A stretch of DNA of 24,471 nucleotides from Promethearchaeota archaeon (lineage in GTDB: Archaea; Asgardarchaeota; Lokiarchaeia; Sigyniarchaeales; SOKP01): contig JBHLMQ010000046.1 in the NCBI GenBank assembly GCA_048938005.1, positions 1 through 24,471 of the forward strand, in the 5' to 3' direction. Positions 1 to 7,581 of this stretch are shown piece by piece. The position numbers and the translations under genes are program-made. The notes under the pieces are model-generated. The model did no database searches, was not told where the DNA came from, and was given only the letters and a program-made list of their open reading frames with translations. Each line of letters begins with the position of its first letter. The first letter of the stretch is position 1.

Positions 1-234
1 ATTACCTCCTCTTTTCTTACTTGAGCATTTGGAATAATTACTTGCTAATTGTTCGAATTTTTCACCTGCTTTTAGATCTTCATAAATTCCTTGAGCTTTA
101 CTGAACTTCTCGACTAAGATATGGCTCGCTTTTATTTTTCCACTACGAATAGGAGATCCTGCTTTTTTCGAATCCACACCTTTTGATTGTGTTCCTTTTT
201 TTTGATAACCTTTCCCATATTTATTTTTTCCCAT
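1..234 (-). CDS. Parvulin (PpiC-type peptidyl-prolyl cis-trans isomerase), 3'-truncated by the window edge
   Basis: Not in the ORF track. Manual translation from ATG at 234: MGKNKYGKGYQKKGTQSKGVDSKKAGSPIRSGKIKASHILVEKFSKAQGIYEDLKAGEKFEQLASNYSKCSSKKRGGN. It shows the parvulin signatures ASHILV, G.KFE.LA..YS.C.S..RGG. Confidence 0.92.
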   Translation of the reverse strand, partial: MGKNKYGKGYQKKGTQSKGVDSKKAGSPIRSGKIKASHILVEKFSKAQGIYEDLKAGEKFEQLASNYSKCSSKKRGGN

Positions 235-311
235 AATAACTTCAATAAATTGAATTACATTAGATTAAAATTGTAAATAATTTCAGATATTTAATAAGTA
301 AGTAGAGTATT

Positions 312-737
312 TTAATTAATAATCAAGTATCTGAAATTCTTAATTTCTTCAATACTGTTTATTTCTACAACAAGTTTTTGGAAATCTTCTAAACTACCGT
401 CAAAAAGCATAAACGTAATAAAATGTTGATTAATAAAATTTTGATTCTTACTTACTATTTGATCATTATATACACTTTCAATTCTGTTCAATTTCTTCTG
501 AACATTATAATCATTAGGAGCAACAATAATCATATTTCCTATTATATTTTTCGCTACTGGGATTAACTCGCTAGAAGTATCGAGACCAGTGGGTATATCT
601 ACAGTGGACATTAGACGTAATAGGGCATCTCTAATTAATTTAGATTTATTTTCATATTTATTTTTTGAGACAAGTTTATTGATGAATTTTTTAAGACTTT
701 CATTTAGAGAAACAGATATTATAGGAATTTTTTGCAC
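312..737 (-). CDS. CopG/NikR-like ribbon-helix-helix transcriptional regulator with C-terminal ACT-like domain
   Basis: N-terminal RHH pattern IISVSLNESL...YENKSKLIRDAL and NikR-like length and C-terminal pattern. The Ni-binding His/Cys residues are not evident. The true start may be ATT at 728. Confidence 0.8.
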   Translation of the reverse strand: MQKIPIISVSLNESLKKFINKLVSKNKYENKSKLIRDALLRLMSTVDIPTGLDTSSELIPVAKNIIGNMIIVAPNDYNVQKKLNRIESVYNDQIVSKNQNFINQHFITFMLFDGSLEDFQKLVVEINSIEEIKNFRYLIIN

Positions 738-807
738 CTTAAAAGAAGTAGTATTTTAATATAAAATATAGATTTAAAGACTTATAAATCTTTTTTAGGA
801 AAAAAAA

Positions 808-3177
808 TCACAATTTTATTGACCGCGCAATAACAGTTCTGAAATTTTCTACGTCATTAACTAGTTTATCCGCATCTTCATCGGAGATTTTATCATCTTT
901 TCCATATTTATTTAATTGTGTAAGCCAGAATTCAATTCTACCGAGAATTGCCTCTTTATCTCCTATAACTTTTCTCAATCGTACAAATGTATCGTGTAAT
1001 TTATTTCTTATATTTTGAGCTTTCCATCTTAACATACAATAATCGGAGATTTCCGCTAAATTCTGAGTAATCGCCATTACATCAATTGTTTTCTCACGCT
1101 CTTCCGATTTAATCTTCCGAATGATATTGATCTCTTCAAATAATAATTCTATAATCTTTGCAAGGAAACCTGTTAATTGTCCACTATGCCCACACCACAC
1201 TCTTACTTCCAAAGATTGATTTGCTTCAGATACATAAATTCTACTAATTATTCTCCCACCAGTGACTTTTGCCTCTGAACAATGCCAACTTTCTGCTTCA
1301 TATTTTCCTTTAGGATCATTTCCTTCGTGAGAAGTTACTGTACTTACTTCAAAACGTTTTAATGTCCTAACTGCTGCCCTAAAAGCTAACCTTGGATCCA
1401 AATCTGCTATTAAAAATGCTCGTGCATCATTTGGCATGTCTTGTATAGATATTTGGACATCTTCAATTGTCGATAAACATGAGACAACCAAGGGACATTT
1501 GATTTGAATATCTTTTTTCTTTATATGTTTTGTATATTTGGTTCCGTCAGCAGTTTTATAGATTACATCACCACCAATGGAAGAAGTACCACATTCTTTC
1601 GGCTCTAAATAAAAGTCAACACCCCTTGAATTTTTAGCTTCGATAACAGGAATATTAATTAAAGATTGTTTAACTTTGTAGCTAGATGGAACATCTAAAA
1701 TTACTTTTACTGAATTTATTGCCATTTTACTCTGATTGCGAACTGCCACTTTATAGTGTAATTGCCCCCCAATAAAATCATAATCACGAACAACCTCAAT
1801 TTTACCTTCATCTATGGGTTCTATATCTTTTGGTTTCTCACGAGATTTTGTTTCCACTGGTACGCTATATGCTGTAAAGGATCTTTTAGACATATCAATA
1901 TATCCATCAATATCTCCTCTGCTAATTATTATGGCTAAATTCTCTTCAATACTTGATTCTGTTACTCCTAATCTATTCGAAAGTTCTCTTAATGGCATTG
2001 TTCTATAAGCCCTTGCTATTTCTTTTATTTTCTTTTCAAGATATTTATTAGTCATAAATTCTCTTCTTTGAGTAAACAAACCTTTAATTTCGCCAGTTTT
2101 AATTAATTCATGAAGACTTTTCCTTGCTAATTCTACAGCAATTTTTAATTTTGAAGAAAGCTTTGAAAGTTCAAAAAGCCCCATTTCTTTTGAATAGCTT
2201 TTTATCTCGTTATAAATTTGATCTGTTGTGATAATTTCATTTCCACGATCTGCGAAAAAGCCGTTTACGGCTTTTGCTCTCATTAAATTAACACAAAAGG
2301 ATTTAATAAGTTCTTTTGGAATATTAAAATTATTGGCAAGATCTTTAAGGGAAGTCCTGCCTTTAGTCTTGATTTCTTTTATTAAATTATCCATTATATA
2401 CTGCTGGGTATAATAAATCTTTTTATCTAATGAAAATGAACCTTTTATTTGAAACTGATTAATTAATTTGTAAATCACCTTCGTAGCAATCTCAGAACTC
2501 ATATCGAGCATAACTCCTAAATCTGCCACATTAATTATTCCTTCATCTTGGAATTTTGATAATATTTTTTCACGCATTTCAGAAGATATATAATAAAACA
2601 TCTGATTCTTTTGATCAATAATTCCATAGATTCGTTCTTCTTCCATATATTTGTTGATAAATTTAATCATTTGTTCTGCAGAAATATTGAAGGAATTCAT
2701 AATAGTTGAAAAGTTAGTAAGTGGAGCTCTTTTTAATAAATCCAAAAAACATTTAGGACAAACTTCCCTCCCTATTATGTGTCTTAATTTCTTACTACAT
2801 AAGAGAAGCCTATTTCCTTTAATAAGATTATATCTTAATGCCTCTCTTGCAAGCTTTTCCTTTGATGGAAAAAACAATCCAGGGGTTTTTAAATACGAGT
2901 TCCATGCTTCTGGACATTTAGGATTTGTACACTCCAAATAATATTGCCCAGATGATAACCTTTCTAATCTTAGTAAATGTTTACAAACAGGGCATTCACT
3001 ATTTTCGACAACTGTACATTTATAATTCCTTTCTATAGCTTTTACTTTTGAATAAAAAAGATTATGTCTTCTACACTCATGTGTTTCTGTTGTTGCTATA
3101 TGATTAATACAGAAACTGGATTTACATCTTTCACACGTAAAATCGATTTTTTGGCTTTCACAGAATAAACATTTCAT
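808..3177 (-). CDS. Multidomain protein: AN1-like Zn finger, Zn ribbon, five tandem winged-helix (PCI/DDRGK/UFL1-like) repeats, Ig-like/platform appendage-like C-terminus
   Basis: 789-aa ORF. C-x2-C-x8-C-x2-C-x4-C-x2-H-x6-H-x-C at the N-terminus. About 60-aa repeats ending in (I/V)xGxx(D/S/A/T). The last repeat matches the PCI pattern (YRTMPLRELSNRLGV...IEENLAIIISRGDIDGYID). A beta-rich then alpha/beta C-terminal region follows. Confidence 0.75.
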   Translation of the reverse strand: MKCLFCESQKIDFTCERCKSSFCINHIATTETHECRRHNLFYSKVKAIERNYKCTVVENSECPVCKHLLRLERLSSGQYYLECTNPKCPEAWNSYLKTPGLFFPSKEKLAREALRYNLIKGNRLLLCSKKLRHIIGREVCPKCFLDLLKRAPLTNFSTIMNSFNISAEQMIKFINKYMEEERIYGIIDQKNQMFYYISSEMREKILSKFQDEGIINVADLGVMLDMSSEIATKVIYKLINQFQIKGSFSLDKKIYYTQQYIMDNLIKEIKTKGRTSLKDLANNFNIPKELIKSFCVNLMRAKAVNGFFADRGNEIITTDQIYNEIKSYSKEMGLFELSKLSSKLKIAVELARKSLHELIKTGEIKGLFTQRREFMTNKYLEKKIKEIARAYRTMPLRELSNRLGVTESSIEENLAIIISRGDIDGYIDMSKRSFTAYSVPVETKSREKPKDIEPIDEGKIEVVRDYDFIGGQLHYKVAVRNQSKMAINSVKVILDVPSSYKVKQSLINIPVIEAKNSRGVDFYLEPKECGTSSIGGDVIYKTADGTKYTKHIKKKDIQIKCPLVVSCLSTIEDVQISIQDMPNDARAFLIADLDPRLAFRAAVRTLKRFEVSTVTSHEGNDPKGKYEAESWHCSEAKVTGGRIISRIYVSEANQSLEVRVWCGHSGQLTGFLAKIIELLFEEINIIRKIKSEEREKTIDVMAITQNLAEISDYCMLRWKAQNIRNKLHDTFVRLRKVIGDKEAILGRIEFWLTQLNKYGKDDKISDEDADKLVNDVENFRTVIARSIKL

Positions 3178-3330
3178 AATTTGAAATATTTTTTTTTATT
3201 TCTTGAATCTATAATATATTAAAAAAAATTCTTGCTTAATATTTTTTATATAGACCAATTTTATTGTTTTAATAACAATGGAATTATTGATGGATTTTTA
3301 AATTTTTTATTGCAATCTAAAAGACTTTTT

Positions 3331-4059
3331 CTATATGTATACTTCTGGGAAGACCTGAATTCTTAGAAAGGATAAGATCATAACAACAGAATTAAAGATA
3401 ATAATAATTAATATCATAAAAATTAAAATCCAATTCTTTTGTTTTTCTTTAGATTTAATGATTTGAGATGTTCCTTGTTTCGCTAAAGCTAAGGGAAATA
3501 ACCCTATAAATGTCCCTAATGAAAAATAAAATACAGTAAAAATTCCATCTATAAAACCAAGTCCACCACGTAATGAAAATGCTAAACATTGGGAATATAT
3601 AATAAATTCAAAGATACATGGAGCAAATCCCGCTAAAATTCCAAAAAGATATGGTGTCTTCTTCTTTTCCCAATTAAATTGAAATATCTCATCCTTATGT
3701 TTTGAATGGGGGAAATAACCTTTTCTTGTAATGAAAAACAAAAGAATAAATCCAGCAAACATAGAGCTAAGAGCTCCAAAAAAATTAATGGTATAAGACT
3801 CAGGAATAATGCCGGGGATCAAAATCTGTGGAATAAAGCTAATTAAAACAGTCCCAATTGCAATTATCATATTAGAAGATATTAATCCTAATCCATAAAG
3901 CATTAATATAAACATACTTTTTTTGGGTGTTTTTGATATACCAAAAGACCAAAAAAAGAATATTGCTTTATCTTCGCATGGAATTAAAGTATGAAGAATT
4001 CCCAGTGTAAATGCCGGGGCAAAAATCAATAATAATGGTGGCGGATAAAAATCTAACAT
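3331..4059 (-). CDS. Integral membrane protein of the NicO/RcnA - DsbD_2/CcdA (LysE-like) superfamily
   Basis: About 6 hydrophobic helices, GILHTLIPCEDK in TM1 and GFAPC in TM4, short His-containing central loop (PHSKH), F.LGT motif in TM5. Confidence 0.65.
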   Translation of the reverse strand: MLDFYPPPLLLIFAPAFTLGILHTLIPCEDKAIFFFWSFGISKTPKKSMFILMLYGLGLISSNMIIAIGTVLISFIPQILIPGIIPESYTINFFGALSSMFAGFILLFFITRKGYFPHSKHKDEIFQFNWEKKKTPYLFGILAGFAPCIFEFIIYSQCLAFSLRGGLGFIDGIFTVFYFSLGTFIGLFPLALAKQGTSQIIKSKEKQKNWILIFMILIIIIFNSVVMILSFLRIQVFPEVYI

Positions 4060-4180
4060 TTTTTTTTGAATTTCTAATTCGTTTAATAATTATAGGAATT
4101 TTCGTTCTGTAAATATATTCTTAATGATCATATTTAGTATTTTTTATTATAAATATGTTTAAAATATTTAAGATGACAGA

Positions 4181-5452
4181 TCAACTCTTTTGATTATTTC
4201 TATCTTCTGTTAAGCAGAATTTACTTGAACCATAAAATAATATAAATAAAAACACAGTACTCGCGAAATTAAAGGGAAACCAATTTTGGATAATAAACCA
4301 AATTCCAATGAATCCCAAATCGAAAAAACTAAAAAAGAAAAAGCTGGGTTTTACATAATTTTTCGTTATTTCGGATTTTCTAGGTAAATAAAATATCAAT
4401 ACTATTAAAATTGGTGTTAATGCTAAAAGATGATGAGTCCAAGAGTCATAATAAGCAATTAACATAATCAAAATACCAAATAAATAAGCAAAAATAATAC
4501 TTTGATTATTAGTCTTTCGGAAAATATACATAAGAAATCCTATTCCCCCAATAATGAATAAAATCAGGAGAAATATTAATAATGGATTATAGGAGATATT
4601 ATAAAAAATACAAAAATTAATTATTATCTTAGTTAGACTAAATGAGTGATTTAAAATAATTGGCTCCTCACCAGTAAAATTAGTTGCTAAAAACCCTTCC
4701 CATAATTTTGGATATAGAAGAAATAAAAAAAGATTTAACGATAAAGGTAGAATTACGCCTATTATTCTAATTAAACTTCTTAAAATATCAAATTTAAACC
4801 TTCCTTGTTCATTATTGAATTTTAAAATTAACAAGAAAGGAATCATAAAAATAGCAATTGGTTTTATTATTACGCTACATCCTAAAATAATGCTTGCCAA
4901 TAAATCCCATTTAAGACCATCACGTGTTAAAAACAGGAAAAGTGATAATAAAATTAGTAGAGTGATGTATAAATTAATTTGACCTAAAATGTAGTTGAAT
5001 AGGTTTGGTAAGCTCATTAAAAATAAACTAATATATAAGATTATTCTTTTATCCTCTCTTTCGTGATCGTCTCTTCTAATATGAAGAATTATTTTATATA
5101 GAAGAATGCAGATTAAAATGTTTAATATTAAATTAATGAAATTAAATAGTATAAAACCTAAAATGAAACCTACCAAGTAAAAAGGTACAAAAAAAATAGC
5201 TGAAATTGGAAAATATCTAAATGGCCATAAATAATTAGCCCTATTATAAAGATCATTGATATTATGAATAAAAACTTCACCTACCTTATAATAAACCAAA
5301 AAATCATTTTGGTCTCTAAAGAATATTAATGTTAGAATCATTGATAATATAAAGTAAAATCCATGAATTATTATAGCAAATCGAAAAACCTTATGTTCCC
5401 ACAGCGCCCCAAATCTGCTTTTTATTTTTACTAAATAAGTTGTCAAATTCAT
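4181..5452 (-). CDS. Glycosyltransferase family 87 (DUF2029-like, GT-C fold) membrane protein
   Basis: Motifs DFLVYY, LY...PFRYFP, GQIN, IIKP, NHS and SWTHHL in a polytopic membrane protein. Confidence 0.8.
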   Translation of the reverse strand: MNLTTYLVKIKSRFGALWEHKVFRFAIIIHGFYFILSMILTLIFFRDQNDFLVYYKVGEVFIHNINDLYNRANYLWPFRYFPISAIFFVPFYLVGFILGFILFNFINLILNILICILLYKIILHIRRDDHEREDKRIILYISLFLMSLPNLFNYILGQINLYITLLILLSLFLFLTRDGLKWDLLASIILGCSVIIKPIAIFMIPFLLILKFNNEQGRFKFDILRSLIRIIGVILPLSLNLFLFLLYPKLWEGFLATNFTGEEPIILNHSFSLTKIIINFCIFYNISYNPLLIFLLILFIIGGIGFLMYIFRKTNNQSIIFAYLFGILIMLIAYYDSWTHHLLALTPILIVLIFYLPRKSEITKNYVKPSFFFFSFFDLGFIGIWFIIQNWFPFNFASTVFLFILFYGSSKFCLTEDRNNQKS

Positions 5453-5470
5453 CCTCTAGAAACCATTCTC

Positions 5471-6223
5471 TTATTTAAGGATATATCTTGTTTTTCTTTT
5501 TTTAACAATATAAAAAATAATACTGAGAGAAATAATAACTGTTAAACCAATTAATGTCGGTATTACATAAAAAGGTAAGAAATCAAGTGAAATATCAACA
5601 ATGACAACATTACTTCCAATATATAGTTTATAAGAATTTAGTAATCCCTGATCATTGTAGATAGCAATTATTTGTATATCTTCTGATGGAAATCCTGGTA
5701 ATATCTCATCTTTACTAATTTCAACATTTAAAGTAGGTAAAACTCGATTATCGACATCGTACCACTCAATTAAAGTTAACCCTCCTACATATTCTCCTAT
5801 AGGAACAGGAAACAAAAAGGGGACGAAAGATGAATATTGTGAGAAATTCAATTTTTGAGAATAATCACTAGGATTTACGAAATAATCTAATTCTGAATCA
5901 TTATCTTTAACTCCCCACATATTTTCACTTGTCCATTCCCAGATACTAAAATTAATATTAATATTTGTTTCATTAAACTTAACGCTATTAATTTTCCATT
6001 TCATTCTTTTTCCCTGACTCAAATTATTAAAAATTCCCGAATCATCCCAATCACTGCCAAAAATAATATCCATATTTAATTTATTACAAACATTACATTT
6101 CCATATCAACTCTTGATCCTTATGAACCCCCATTCTATATTCAACAGCGTTCACAGTTGATATTGTACTGCCGATTAATAAGAAAAAAAGAAAAAAATTG
6201 AAAAAGAATATTTTTTGTTTCAA
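5471..6223 (-). CDS. Secreted surface protein with signal peptide and C-terminal membrane anchor, function unknown
   Basis: TTG start preceded by GAGGT. Hydrophobic N-terminal signal ending VNA, beta-rich ectodomain with several N-x-S/T sequons, C-terminal TM helix followed by basic KKRK tail. Confidence 0.75.
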   Translation of the reverse strand: MKQKIFFFNFFLFFLLIGSTISTVNAVEYRMGVHKDQELIWKCNVCNKLNMDIIFGSDWDDSGIFNNLSQGKRMKWKINSVKFNETNININFSIWEWTSENMWGVKDNDSELDYFVNPSDYSQKLNFSQYSSFVPFLFPVPIGEYVGGLTLIEWYDVDNRVLPTLNVEISKDEILPGFPSEDIQIIAIYNDQGLLNSYKLYIGSNVVIVDISLDFLPFYVIPTLIGLTVIISLSIIFYIVKKRKTRYILK

Positions 6224-6227
6224 TTTC

Positions 6228-7490
6228 TTAAACCTCCTTATTTTTCTTGTTTTGTTTAATTAGGCAATACTTACTTATTCCATAGAATGCTAAAATAAGA
6301 AAGAATGTAGACTCAAAATTATATGGAAATAATGGATATATTAAGTACCATATACCTACAAAAGCAAGATCAAAAAAACTAAAGAAAAATAAACTTAGCT
6401 TGATAGGTTTGGTAATTTTAGAGTGTCGTGGCAAATTAAAAATAATTATAATTAAAATCGGTGTTATATTGAGTAAATGATGATCCCAAGAGTCAAAATA
6501 TGCGAGTAGCATAATGATGAGCCCAAAAATATAACCATAAATGATAGAATTTTTCTCAAATCTTCTAAGTACAAAAATTATAAAACCGATGCCTCCTGCG
6601 ATAACAATTACTCCTATTAAAATAAAAAGTTGATTAAAAGGAATATTGTAGAAATAACAGAAATTTGTAATTAACTTAGAAATACTGAAAGAAAAATTTA
6701 GAGCAATTGGGTTACTCCCTGTAAAATTACTATCTAAAAAACCTTCCCATAAGGGAGGATATAATAAGAAGAGAATAAAGTTCAACAAAGTAGGAGTAAT
6801 AGCACCTATTATCCGGATTGAGCTTCTAAGAAAATCGAATTTAAGCTTCTTTTTCTCCAAATTGAAATTGAATATAATTAAGAATGGAATTAAAAAAATA
6901 GCTGTAGGTTTTATGATAATACTTATTCCTAAAATAAAACTTCCAAGTAATTGCCATTTATATTTATCGTATTTAAGAAAAATATAAAGAGATAACAAAA
7001 TAAAAAATGTAATGTACAAATTAATTTGCCCATAAATATAATTTAACACATGAGGCAACCCCATTAGGTAAATAGATATATACAATATTACTCTTTTATC
7101 ATCTTTTTCATGATCCTCTCTTCTTACTAATACAATTATTTTGTAAAGAATAATGCAAATCAAAACATTGAGGAACATATTAAAAATATTAAAAATTACA
7201 AATGCAACTTCAAAACTCAAGATAGTGAATGGGATAAAAAATAAAGCTGACAATGGAAAATATCTAAAATCCCATAAATAATAAGTTTGATTGTAAAGAT
7301 TTTCAATATCATTGAGAAATATATTTCCTACATTATAAAAAATTATAAAATCATTTTTTTCTCGATAAACCATAAAAAATAAAACTATTGAAAGTACTAA
7401 GAAAAAACTATGAAGGACTAGAGCATATCTAAATATTTTATGCTCCCATAGCTCTTTAATTCTCTTAGTTATTTTGGATTTTAAATTCAT
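6228..7490 (-). CDS. Glycosyltransferase family 87 (GT-C fold), paralog of 4181..5452
   Basis: Motifs DFIIFY, DFRYFP, GQIN, IIKP and SWDHHL; colinear similarity to the other copy along its full length. Confidence 0.8.
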   Translation of the reverse strand: MNLKSKITKRIKELWEHKIFRYALVLHSFFLVLSIVLFFMVYREKNDFIIFYNVGNIFLNDIENLYNQTYYLWDFRYFPLSALFFIPFTILSFEVAFVIFNIFNMFLNVLICIILYKIIVLVRREDHEKDDKRVILYISIYLMGLPHVLNYIYGQINLYITFFILLSLYIFLKYDKYKWQLLGSFILGISIIIKPTAIFLIPFLIIFNFNLEKKKLKFDFLRSSIRIIGAITPTLLNFILFLLYPPLWEGFLDSNFTGSNPIALNFSFSISKLITNFCYFYNIPFNQLFILIGVIVIAGGIGFIIFVLRRFEKNSIIYGYIFGLIIMLLAYFDSWDHHLLNITPILIIIIFNLPRHSKITKPIKLSLFFFSFFDLAFVGIWYLIYPLFPYNFESTFFLILAFYGISKYCLIKQNKKNKEV

Positions 7491-7581
7491 TTACTAATTA
7501 ACAAATTTTATTTTAGTTTTAAATTCTTAAATTAAATTACTAAAATTAAATTTTTTAATATTTTATTCAAAGGGAGATAAA

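Noticed and set aside
741-810. Selenocysteine or readthrough at the TGA ending the 789-aa gene
   Set aside because: The TGA is followed by an oligo-T tract and a low-complexity extension that soon stops, and no SECIS-like hairpin is visible.
1814-2941. Plus-strand ORFs 1814..2008, 2228..2413 and 2651..2941
   Set aside because: Antisense shadows lying wholly inside the 789-aa gene, with no recognisable motifs.
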